NCBI GenBank assembly: GCA_964464605.1
Contig: CAYXJN010000007.1
Span: forward strand, 124,001 to 188,000
Direction of reading: 5' to 3'
Length of the DNA stretch: 64,000 nucleotides
From: an uncultured Ignavibacteriales bacterium
GTDB taxonomy: Bacteria; Zixibacteria; MSB-5A5; GN15; FEB-12
Positions 18,284-27,605 of the stretch are shown here, one piece after another. Numbering within the stretch: position 1 is the first letter of the stretch; every line of letters begins with the position of its first letter. The notes under the pieces are model-generated. The model was given only the letters and a program-made list of their open reading frames with translations. It was not told the DNA's origin and made no database searches. Both the position numbers and the translations under genes were made by a program.

Positions 18284-20590
18284 GTGAATTGGTTACTACG
18301 GACAGCAGTCCCGGTCTTGCTCGCGTCGACAATCAGCGCGACAGATTTGGCGACCATAGAGCTCAATAAGGATGAGCTTCAGCACAATCAATCAACAGCA
18401 TTACTGACCTACCCGACATTCGACACCGTCGCAATCGGCTCGCAACTGCGAATACCGGCTTCGGTGTTTTATGTTTTGTTGAACGAGCAGGAACAGATCG
18501 CGGATATTTTCTACACGAGTGATCGTGAACCAATCGATCAATTCAGCGCACCGCTTACCAATACCGAAATCGCGACGGCTTCGGAAAATGCGTATCACGC
18601 GTTCGTTCGTTCGTCATCGCAGGATTCCAAAATCGGTGCCGATCCGGTTACGGTGCTTGGTGAAGTCAGACAAAACGATTCCCGTTTCGCCAAACTGCTA
18701 ATTTCGCCGACAACTACGGACTCACTCGGCTCGGTTAGTTTTCATTCACAGATTACCGTGCGTGTCGGTAACCGGGTAATCACGCCTGAAGAACTTATCA
18801 GCAACGCCGCTTTCATGCTGCAGTTTTTGACAAAAGAAGAAAGCTCATTGCATAGCTCCTCCTCCCCAAAATTCCTGATTGTCACAACTGCTGATTTAGC
18901 CGAACCGCTTAGCAAGCTGGCCGAGTACAAAACTTCGATTGGGATCCAGACTGAAGTCAATTTTATCGACTATATCCTGCCTGCCGCTTCCGGGCGGGAT
19001 GACGCCGAAAAGCTCCGTGAATTTTTGAAAACGTTTTACGCTCAGGGTGGCAAGTATGTGTTGTTAGCCGGTGATGAAACCAAACTGCCTGTACGCTACA
19101 CGTATCATCTGGCCACCGGCACTGTTCCGCCGCTCAACGAACAGATTCCGAGTGATCTCTATTTCGCGGATCTAACCGGAACATGGGACACCGACAACGA
19201 CGGGGTCTGGGGTGAGCGCGTTGAAGATAACGCCGACATGAACCCGGAATTGTTCGTCGGACGGTTACCGATTTCCACTGCCGCTGAAGCACAAGTCTAC
19301 GTTGACAATCTGATTCTTTACGAAACCAACCCGGGACGGGGGGATTTTTCCTATCTGACCAAAGCGTTTTTCTTCGCAAGCGATGAAATGCGGGACTATT
19401 CCGGAGTTGGACAGCACAACATGATTGCAGCCGCTTACCCTGATTTTTTTGTCTATGACACGGTGAGCGGGGTTGAATCTGCCAGCGGCGGAGACTTGGC
19501 TCCGACGAATGAAAACGGACATGATGTCATCTCGACCTTAGATCAGGGATTCGGTATCGTAAATATTATCGCACATGGACGGATGGATGGCTTTGCTGTC
19601 CGCACTTCCGGATACAACAGCTACCCGAAATCGATGGTTGCTTCGGCGGCGGCCGGTGAACATGGAGATATCGGCACTCTGACACCGAACGGGAAACTCG
19701 GTTTTTATTATTCTCTCGCCTGCGATATTGGCGGATATGAAGAAGACCAGGCGCCGATGAATCAGCCGGGACGGAACTTCGCGCAGGAAATTTTAACGAC
19801 GCCCAACGCAGGGGCAGTTGGATTAGTTGCTTATACCCGGTGGGGATGGGCGGGATCGAGTTATTTATTGCAAAAGGCATTTTTCGAGTATGCTTTCACC
19901 CATCCGAATGAGCCGGCCATTCAAGGAATGTATGCCGCCAATGCCCGGTACAGCTATTATCGCGATTTAGTATATGGACAGAATTTCTTCGGCGATCCTA
20001 CTTTGAAAATCTACACTGATATTCCACAGCAGATGGCGATCACGATGCAATATGATCAATACACGCTTCGCGCTCAGGTAACCTCCGACGGGGACCCGAT
20101 TGCACAGTGTAAAGTAGTAATCAGTGAAGGATGGAATATCCTCGGCGAATACACCACCGACAATAATGGCTGGGTAGCGCTTAATGCACCGCTTTCAACT
20201 GGAACCGGATACACGATTGCCGCAGTAAAACCGGGATTTACGACTGAGCTGGCTTCATTTACCGGACAATCACCCACCGGAACCGGTGAAGACAATAACC
20301 CAACCCTGCCGGATAAATTCTCACTACAACAGAATTATCCGAATCCGTTCAATCCGAGCACGACGATTTCATTTACATTGCCAGCTCGTTCGAACGTCAC
20401 GTTATCGGTTTTCAATATGCTCGGGCAGGAAGTTGCTGTGCTCGATGATGAGACCAGAGCGGCCGGGGAGTACGAAATTATTTGGGATGGAAAAAATAAA
20501 CAGCAGGAATCGGTAGCAAGCGGTGTCTATTTTTACCGGCTTATCGCTGATAGTTACATCGACACCCGATCAATGCTGTTGATTCGGTAG
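18284..20590 (+). CDS. Gingipain-like C25 cysteine peptidase with propeptide and FlgD/T9SS-type C-terminal domain
   Basis: Signal peptide; YVLLAGD, SDLYF, VGRLP; catalytic AHG and LAC; FGDP; tail LQQNYPNPFNPST...WDG...SGVYFYRL...MLLIR. Confidence 0.9.
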   Translation: MNWLLRTAVPVLLASTISATDLATIELNKDELQHNQSTALLTYPTFDTVAIGSQLRIPASVFYVLLNEQEQIADIFYTSDREPIDQFSAPLTNTEIATASENAYHAFVRSSSQDSKIGADPVTVLGEVRQNDSRFAKLLISPTTTDSLGSVSFHSQITVRVGNRVITPEELISNAAFMLQFLTKEESSLHSSSSPKFLIVTTADLAEPLSKLAEYKTSIGIQTEVNFIDYILPAASGRDDAEKLREFLKTFYAQGGKYVLLAGDETKLPVRYTYHLATGTVPPLNEQIPSDLYFADLTGTWDTDNDGVWGERVEDNADMNPELFVGRLPISTAAEAQVYVDNLILYETNPGRGDFSYLTKAFFFASDEMRDYSGVGQHNMIAAAYPDFFVYDTVSGVESASGGDLAPTNENGHDVISTLDQGFGIVNIIAHGRMDGFAVRTSGYNSYPKSMVASAAAGEHGDIGTLTPNGKLGFYYSLACDIGGYEEDQAPMNQPGRNFAQEILTTPNAGAVGLVAYTRWGWAGSSYLLQKAFFEYAFTHPNEPAIQGMYAANARYSYYRDLVYGQNFFGDPTLKIYTDIPQQMAITMQYDQYTLRAQVTSDGDPIAQCKVVISEGWNILGEYTTDNNGWVALNAPLSTGTGYTIAAVKPGFTTELASFTGQSPTGTGEDNNPTLPDKFSLQQNYPNPFNPSTTISFTLPARSNVTLSVFNMLGQEVAVLDDETRAAGEYEIIWDGKNKQQESVASGVYFYRLIADSYIDTRSMLLIR

Positions 20591-21832
20591 TTATGTGCTG
20601 ATGCGATTGAGAATCGCAGCGAACTGTTCCGCCATGCTTTCAGAGGAATAGCGCAACCGCGAGGCAAGCGGCGCTATCGTGGGCAGAATGCCCTGTTGTT
20701 GTTTTTTGATCTGTTCTGTGAGATACGTGATCGCACCGTTGAGTCGATTCGGCAAAAAAAGCGCGCCGCCGCCTTCGGAAGACTGCACCAAACGAGCGAC
20801 CTCACTGTTTTCCGGAGCGGCGGCTAAAATCGGGCGACCCGACGCAAGCAGCGTAAAAATTCTCCCCGTTGAAAACACCTTGTCTTTTTCAGCCGGCATA
20901 GCGACATGCAGCAGACTGCATTCCTGCAATAGCCGGATAGATTCTTTTCTATTTTTCGCACCGTGATACGTAAATATGTCGGTGAGTTGATAGTGCTGCA
21001 ATTGCGCATTCAACAGCACCGTATCGGCGATACCGATATAGATAACTTTGATTTTCTGAAACAACTCCGGCTGTTCCTGGCGATATCGAGCGAGTAACTG
21101 CAAAAGGGGTTCAATGGGAGAAAACTCATTCAACGTCCCCAACACGCCTATAATAAAATCTTTGGTCGGCTGCGGTTGTTGCCAAAGCGAAATAAACTCT
21201 AATTCGACACTATTCATGATAACTTCCCCGCGACCAAAATACTCCTGAATACTGGCGTTGACTGCGGTTAACTCAGCCGACATGGTGGTAATCTGTTTCA
21301 GCAAATCAAGGGCTCGGTCTAACTTACTTCCTTCAAAAATCTGCTCTGCCGGGTGAGCATGCCAGAAATCCCGAAAATCAGCTATCCAGGGAATGCGGCA
21401 TTCTTTGGCTAATTGCAGACCGACCAGATGAGAGGACATCGGCGGTGAAGTGGAAATCATCGCATCATATTTTCTGTTACTTGCCAATGTCCGGCCCAAA
21501 CGGACAGCCGAACGCACCCAGCCGACTTTTGAGTCTGGAAAAAAGCTTTCAGCGAATGAGCGCCCTTTTTCGAAGGTGCGGTCTTTGACTTCCCGCATGC
21601 CGAGCAAGTACAGCAATCGCTGCGGGTCGGTAGAACCGGCACGGTAAATGTGCGACGTATCAAGCCCATCGAGCAGTTCCGGTTCATAGGAGCGATAGGC
21701 GACATTCTTGACCGCGAGCACATCGCACTCCCATCCATGCATGGGAAGGTGTTTATACAACCCCAACGGCCGGGCAACGCCGGCACCGCCCAACGGCGGG
21801 AAGTAATAACAGATTAGCAGTACGCGTTTCAT
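20591..21832 (-). CDS. Glycosyltransferase, family 4-like
   Basis: LICYYFPPLGGAG..R, STSPP, WIADFRD, LASGRPIL. Confidence 0.85.
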   Translation of the reverse strand: MKRVLLICYYFPPLGGAGVARPLGLYKHLPMHGWECDVLAVKNVAYRSYEPELLDGLDTSHIYRAGSTDPQRLLYLLGMREVKDRTFEKGRSFAESFFPDSKVGWVRSAVRLGRTLASNRKYDAMISTSPPMSSHLVGLQLAKECRIPWIADFRDFWHAHPAEQIFEGSKLDRALDLLKQITTMSAELTAVNASIQEYFGRGEVIMNSVELEFISLWQQPQPTKDFIIGVLGTLNEFSPIEPLLQLLARYRQEQPELFQKIKVIYIGIADTVLLNAQLQHYQLTDIFTYHGAKNRKESIRLLQECSLLHVAMPAEKDKVFSTGRIFTLLASGRPILAAAPENSEVARLVQSSEGGGALFLPNRLNGAITYLTEQIKKQQQGILPTIAPLASRLRYSSESMAEQFAAILNRIST

Positions 21833-22914
21833 TTTGTTGCCTTTGTGTGCGCTGCGGCCTCCCGCATTATAGCGATCATCTGCGCAACATTCGTTTCAAA
21901 AATCCCTTTGGTCACTACTTGCTGCCGATTCCGTTCAAGTAACGACGCGTACTCTTCAGTAAAGCCCAACACCCGCCGAATGATTTCATGCAGTTCTTTT
22001 TCACTATCCGGTTCAAACATGAACCCGTTCTCCCGGTGCAGCCACTCCCGTATTCCCGGAATATCCGCGCAAACCGGAATCAAGCCAAGTCCCATCGCTT
22101 CGATAAGTGAAGCGGGCGAAGAATCGGAGTGCGACGCGGAAAGATACAGGTCATGCTCGGCAAAAAAGCGCATTAAGTCACCGCGCACCTTTCGTGAATA
22201 TAAGAACACAGACTTGCCCAACAACCCGGCAGCGGCTTCCTTGAATGTTTCAACTTCACTCCCCCAGTTCGGCAGACTCCAATGGAGTTCTCCTCGTTCC
22301 AAAAACGGCAACAGAGCTTCCAGAACAAACAGATGATTGTACACCTCTTCATGGGCACGGGGTGAGATTATCCGAACCGGTTTTTGCTTTAGGCGCTCGG
22401 ATGAAAACAGATCGTAATAGACCTGTTCGATTCCCCAGGGGATAACTTCCCCATGCGGGAAACGGTGTAATGTCCGGGCGGCTTTTAACAGATAGCGGGA
22501 ATCTCCGAGCACAATATCAGCAGACTTCAAGGCGATAACTGCTTTCATACGGCGAAAGAAAGACTGCCGGGGGAGCACCAAAATATCTGACCCCCAAACA
22601 TGCAGCACTACCGCAGCAGAAACACCGCGCGCTGCTATAGCTGTCGATGCGCCATACCCTACGGCGTAATGGGCATTGATAACATCAGGTGCGAAATCTC
22701 CCGTAATCAAACTCCGGATTTCAGACGAGGCGAGTAAATATGACAACCGGTTTCGCGGTTTTCCCTTACGCAGTCGATGATGTGGCATAGTGCCATCCTC
22801 TAATGATGCCATTAACACTTCGCATCCTTGACGGCGGAGTTCATCGACATATCGTTCCATGTGAAACGACCGACTGTCCCCGAGCACCAAAACGCGAAGC
22901 GGTTGTTCGCTCAT
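21829..22914 (-). CDS. Glycosyltransferase family 4
   Basis: PDVINAHY, WGSDI, SLIEAMGLG..PV..DIPGIRE. ATG at 22914 overlaps the upstream stop. Confidence 0.88.
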   Translation of the reverse strand: MSEQPLRVLVLGDSRSFHMERYVDELRRQGCEVLMASLEDGTMPHHRLRKGKPRNRLSYLLASSEIRSLITGDFAPDVINAHYAVGYGASTAIAARGVSAAVVLHVWGSDILVLPRQSFFRRMKAVIALKSADIVLGDSRYLLKAARTLHRFPHGEVIPWGIEQVYYDLFSSERLKQKPVRIISPRAHEEVYNHLFVLEALLPFLERGELHWSLPNWGSEVETFKEAAAGLLGKSVFLYSRKVRGDLMRFFAEHDLYLSASHSDSSPASLIEAMGLGLIPVCADIPGIREWLHRENGFMFEPDSEKELHEIIRRVLGFTEEYASLLERNRQQVVTKGIFETNVAQMIAIMREAAAHTKATK

Positions 22915-23843
22915 AGCAGCTTCCCTAACCATGTTGCGCGATGAATGCATTGATACTGATACGGCTTCCCACCCCAATGTTCTTTGTATGAACGTAACCC
23001 CTCAGCATCTGGCGGCGAAGCGCCGAGACCCAGCGTCGTTATTCCCCGTTGTTGTAGCTCACGAATCGTATGAATCAAAATTGCTTGATTCGCTTTGAGA
23101 TGAGAAAATGTCTTATCGAAATAGACCTGCCAGTGAAGTGCCAATTTTCCTTCGACAAAAAAGATATGCGAAGCAGCCGCTTTTCCTTCATATGTACATT
23201 GTTTCCAGATAATACGAGGATCCTTTTCCGCCAGCTTCGCTAAAGCACGAAAAAAATCAGTCGAGTATTTCGGCTTCCGTCCGTGTCGCTGCTCGGTACT
23301 TTTCATCAGCACAAGAAACGAATCAAAATGCCGCGACAAAGCAAATCGTTCTATTTGGATATTCTCCCGCTCGGCCTTGCGAATCTCCGAACGAAGGGTC
23401 GCATCCGGCGGCTCCCAGGTCGGCGAAGTAATATCTATCACGTGCGTCTCACATGCCGTCGCCGTAAATCCCGTTATGTTTTGGAACGAATGGTAATAGT
23501 CGTACACCCACGTTTTCATGTATGCATGGTTCGCTATCGCAGCAAGCAGCGCCGTTATGTGACTTTCAGGCATTGTGACAATTGTTGAACCCTGCAAACT
23601 AATCGGTTGACTATATAGGCCATCCGATAACGACTGAAATCGCACGAACATTCCCGTCCCAAATTCAACGCCGGGAAGAATAGTGAGTGTCCCGTCATTT
23701 TCAACACACCAGTACACACCTTTGCCGTTGCGGGTTTGCCAGACGGCAAGAAAATCCGGTGAAGCAAACAGCGAGACAGATTGGAGTATTTCACGAAGCG
23801 AAGCAGGAAGGTCAACAGCAGGATATCGCGTAACGCTTTTCAT
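22911..23843 (-). CDS. GNAT-fold FemAB-like (Acetyltransf_6) acyl/aminoacyl transferase
   Basis: RSEIRKAERENI, FFRAL and ANQAIL...LGLGAS...GLRSYKEHWGG, typical of FemAB-like GNATs in glycan loci. Confidence 0.75.
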   Translation of the reverse strand: MKSVTRYPAVDLPASLREILQSVSLFASPDFLAVWQTRNGKGVYWCVENDGTLTILPGVEFGTGMFVRFQSLSDGLYSQPISLQGSTIVTMPESHITALLAAIANHAYMKTWVYDYYHSFQNITGFTATACETHVIDITSPTWEPPDATLRSEIRKAERENIQIERFALSRHFDSFLVLMKSTEQRHGRKPKYSTDFFRALAKLAEKDPRIIWKQCTYEGKAAASHIFFVEGKLALHWQVYFDKTFSHLKANQAILIHTIRELQQRGITTLGLGASPPDAEGLRSYKEHWGGKPYQYQCIHRATWLGKLL

Positions 23844-26050
23844 CAGCGGATAACCAAAAATTTACCCCGACCGACTTCTCCTGATTCACTGTTGATAATG
23901 AACAGGTAAACGCCGGAAGCAACATTATTACCGTAGCTATTGCGGCCGTCCCACGGCAGATTGACCGGAAACTCGGTTATCGGATCGCTGGCCTCGTTAA
24001 AGATCTGCACTGTTCCTTTTCCTGCATAATTAAACCTAAGGCGGTCGGTCGCATCCCGAATGACAAACGGATTCGGATACGCCAGCACTTTGTCAATTTT
24101 CCCGGTTAGTTCCGCCTCGAAAAGTAAAACTGAGATACCCAGGTCGGTAGCAACATACAGATTGTTATTCGGGAGTTCGATAGTGACGGTGTTGACCTGA
24201 TTCGACAACAGTCCGCTGTTTTGCGTAGTGAACACATCGATTGCACCGGTGGTGATATCGATTCTGGCAATACCGTTGGATGAACCGACCCAGATATTGT
24301 CACGAACATCAAAGGCCAAAGAAAGCACTTCCGGACCGAATCCGGCAGGAAGGTTCACGTCGACAAACCGTTCGATACCGGCATCATACCGGCTCAACCC
24401 GAAACTGGTGCCTACCCACAGTTCACCGTGAGAATTGAACCGAACGGCACGAACATTGTTGGAAATCAGGAACGCGCTGTTTTCCGTCAAGTGCGCGCTG
24501 GAGTCATCCGCTTTCGTTGCTCGCGTTGCGCCGAAAGAATAAAAAAACAGGCCGTTATCTTCTGTGCCGACGGCAAGAACATTGTTCCAGACATCGATTG
24601 ATGATACCCGTGTATCAGTGATGCCGTCCGCAGTACCAAGCGAATCCCATCCTGCAGGTATCTGCAGCGAATCGAGCCGTCCGATAGCAACCGGACAGCC
24701 GTTGTACGCTAAAAAGGTAGCTGCATATACATAGCGCGCATCACAAGCAATATCCCGCACGACAACATATGTTGCGCTTCCTCCGGTCGGTGCGATTCCA
24801 CGTAATGATGAATTCGTTTCATCATAATTAACCAATACACTGTCCTGCAATTGATACAACCCGTTCCCCCATGTGCCTGTCCAGAACGCGCCGGAAGAAT
24901 CGCGGGCAAGCTTGGTGGTGAAATCCCGAACGGTGCTGTAGGTCGTCCATTCATCATCATTCAGTATACCGAGTCGATCTGCAACACCAAATCCGGCAGC
25001 AACAACACCGTTTGTGTTAATCGCTACATCGGTAACTTCACTATGCGGCAAGCCCATATATTGGTAGGACACAAACCCGCTCCCTTCCGTGTAGAAGAGT
25101 CCACCGTTAACCAGCCCGAACCATCGCATCGTGCCGGTATTGACTCCGGTATTTGGATTAGATGAAAGTCCGGCGGTAGGAATATTGGCGACATTCCCCT
25201 GTACATACCGACGAACCCCTCCTACCTGATAGAAAAAGAGCGTATCATTGTCATTGCGCATATCATACACCGCGCGGTCGATGCCGTACGCAGGATGAAC
25301 AATCGTGCTGTCACCAAGCGAATCAGCGATATAAAAAATTCCTTCCGGCGTTCCGAAGAACAGTATCGATTCAAAACGCATGACTCTGGTAATCGGATCA
25401 CCAATGAGTATTGGATCACTTGCAGAATTGAACAATTGCCAATTCGCCGGAGATTTTAACAGGTTGGGGAATCGTTTGTCTCCACGGGCCAGCCCGGTTG
25501 AGGTGGCCAGCCAGATATTGTTACCGTCGATATAAATATCATTGATGACTGGAAAAGAATTAACGAGGGTGATACTGAACCGATCCTGAAACTGCCCGTC
25601 ATCGATCGTTTTTGAAAACAGCACTAATCCCTTTTCAGTACCGACCCAAAGTTGGTCCCCGTCATCAGCTAACGCAGTCAATCGGTCGGGTCCATCTTCG
25701 TTGGTGAACGGAAAACGACGGACAGAATTACGAGACCACTTAATCAACTGCCCGAATCCGGCAATCCACTTTTGACTCGCTTGATCTTCGATAATGTCGG
25801 TCAAATCGGTAGTTCCCAGTCCGTCGGTGTTCACGAAAGTTTGCGGCGCGCTGTTCTGATTCGGGATAACCATCAATCCGCCACCGGTTGCGGCGTAAAT
25901 CGTATCCCCCACATACAGCATCTGCCGGATATTGTTAAAGGAAGTAAGCGAAGTCCAGCGCTGCGCCGATTGCACCGGGCATTCGGCTACGAGAAGAAAA
26001 CAAAGTGCGAAGATGGTCAGCGATACATGCCGACGCGGCGAATAAGCCAT
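23843..26050 (-). CDS. PorZ-like beta-propeller (Reg_prop repeats) with T9SS-type C-terminal domain
   Basis: Signal peptide; repeats LWVGTEKGL, IWLATSTGL, WTGTWGNGL, LWVGTSFGL, NSGLLSNQV; tail AYPNPF...WDGRN...VASGVY...KFLVIR. Confidence 0.8.
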   Translation of the reverse strand: MAYSPRRHVSLTIFALCFLLVAECPVQSAQRWTSLTSFNNIRQMLYVGDTIYAATGGGLMVIPNQNSAPQTFVNTDGLGTTDLTDIIEDQASQKWIAGFGQLIKWSRNSVRRFPFTNEDGPDRLTALADDGDQLWVGTEKGLVLFSKTIDDGQFQDRFSITLVNSFPVINDIYIDGNNIWLATSTGLARGDKRFPNLLKSPANWQLFNSASDPILIGDPITRVMRFESILFFGTPEGIFYIADSLGDSTIVHPAYGIDRAVYDMRNDNDTLFFYQVGGVRRYVQGNVANIPTAGLSSNPNTGVNTGTMRWFGLVNGGLFYTEGSGFVSYQYMGLPHSEVTDVAINTNGVVAAGFGVADRLGILNDDEWTTYSTVRDFTTKLARDSSGAFWTGTWGNGLYQLQDSVLVNYDETNSSLRGIAPTGGSATYVVVRDIACDARYVYAATFLAYNGCPVAIGRLDSLQIPAGWDSLGTADGITDTRVSSIDVWNNVLAVGTEDNGLFFYSFGATRATKADDSSAHLTENSAFLISNNVRAVRFNSHGELWVGTSFGLSRYDAGIERFVDVNLPAGFGPEVLSLAFDVRDNIWVGSSNGIARIDITTGAIDVFTTQNSGLLSNQVNTVTIELPNNNLYVATDLGISVLLFEAELTGKIDKVLAYPNPFVIRDATDRLRFNYAGKGTVQIFNEASDPITEFPVNLPWDGRNSYGNNVASGVYLFIINSESGEVGRGKFLVIR

Positions 26051-27594
26051 ACGATACTGAATATACCAGCCGAACCGATGAGTATCAAGAAACCAGTAAG
26101 CCCGGCTACATTCCCATACCGGGTATAGATTGAATATTCATCTATAAGGCCGACCGAGGCAGTTTTAGCGGAAATTTCATAAAGATCGATTTGTTCACGA
26201 ATACGCCCATACGGATCGACCACATAACTCAAACCGCTGTTGGCAACCCGTGCCCCCCAAATTCGGTTTTCAATCATTCGGGTCACAAAAATCCGTGAGT
26301 GAGCGGTTGTCCCAAGCGATTTGCCGAACCAGGTATCGTTGGTAATACCGACCAAAAACTGCGCTCCGTGCAATGTCGCCTGACGGGATACTTCACCGAA
26401 AGCCGACTCAAAACAGATAAGCGTCGTATATGCTGCCTGCGGGATATGGAAGATATGCAGCGAATCACCGGGATAAAAATCTGACCACCACTGGATCCCC
26501 CATGTTTCGATAAAGGTCAGGTATTTAAGCAAAAACTCTGACTGTAAAAACGGGATATGATCCTGATACGGCACAGTCTCGGCAAACGGCACTAAATTGA
26601 TTTTGTCATGCTGTGCGTCGATTTCACCGGAAGGGTTAACCTGAAAACAGGAATTGAAATAGCGACGCTTGCCGTTTACATATTTTAGCGCCAGCGCTCC
26701 GACTAAATGGTAGCTTTTCGTTCGTTCGACTATTTCCCCTACCCGTCTGAGACAATGTTCTTCATTTGCCAGATAGCAAGGGGCTGCGGTTTCCGGCCAA
26801 ATGTACAATCTCACGGTCGTGTCGATATTGGGGCCGATGAGTGAATCATATAACTCGAAATTCTTCTCGACGTTCATGATATCCCACTTCACATCAAGTG
26901 GAACTGAACCCTGCAAAAGCGAAACTTTGACCGTTCCCTCTTTCGGGTAGGGCGGTACGACCACCCAGCCGAAGGCAATGAGTCCGACAACAATGGCGCA
27001 GGAGGATAAAATCGCCGTTACTTTTTTCGGCGCGGATACTTCGGAGCGCAGCAACTGCCAAAGCAGAACGTTAACGGCAACGATTAACAACGAAAGCCCA
27101 TGGACAGAAATTACTGAGACAATCTGGATAACATACAAATAGTATGACTGCGTGTATCCAAGTTCCGACCACGGGAAAGCAAACTCAGAAAGGGTGCGAA
27201 AATACTCAATACCGACCCATAAAAACGGCAGTGCGATCATGCCGTAAAGCGGCTTGACGGCGTATATCCGCCGAAAGACGGCGAACATTCCCGCGTAGTA
27301 AAAGCCGAGAATAACGACCGCCGCGACCATACCGGGCGGAGAGACCATGCCGACCCAGTACAATGAAAACAGCATATAAAAAAAACTGAAGAAGTAGCTG
27401 GCGTTAAAGGCTGTCCGCCCCGATAACGAACTGATAATGATGAAAGGCCGCACCAGCGCAAGCCAGGCTAAAAAGCCGAACCAGCCGGGATAGTAAGCTA
27501 ACGACAAAACGAACGCCCAAATGAGCAGTTCAAAACGCCGTTTTCGTAACTGCAGATCGTCCGGAAGAATAAAGCGACGAATCCGCGTAAACAT
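26017..27594 (-). CDS. lnt: Apolipoprotein N-acyltransferase
   Basis: FPW..LGY, WPETA, K..LVPFAE, ICFE, TNDTWFG, ANSGLS. Confidence 0.96.
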   Translation of the reverse strand: MFTRIRRFILPDDLQLRKRRFELLIWAFVLSLAYYPGWFGFLAWLALVRPFIIISSLSGRTAFNASYFFSFFYMLFSLYWVGMVSPPGMVAAVVILGFYYAGMFAVFRRIYAVKPLYGMIALPFLWVGIEYFRTLSEFAFPWSELGYTQSYYLYVIQIVSVISVHGLSLLIVAVNVLLWQLLRSEVSAPKKVTAILSSCAIVVGLIAFGWVVVPPYPKEGTVKVSLLQGSVPLDVKWDIMNVEKNFELYDSLIGPNIDTTVRLYIWPETAAPCYLANEEHCLRRVGEIVERTKSYHLVGALALKYVNGKRRYFNSCFQVNPSGEIDAQHDKINLVPFAETVPYQDHIPFLQSEFLLKYLTFIETWGIQWWSDFYPGDSLHIFHIPQAAYTTLICFESAFGEVSRQATLHGAQFLVGITNDTWFGKSLGTTAHSRIFVTRMIENRIWGARVANSGLSYVVDPYGRIREQIDLYEISAKTASVGLIDEYSIYTRYGNVAGLTGFLILIGSAGIFSIVWLIRRVGMYR

Positions 27595-27605
27595 TGGCTT
27601 GAGAA

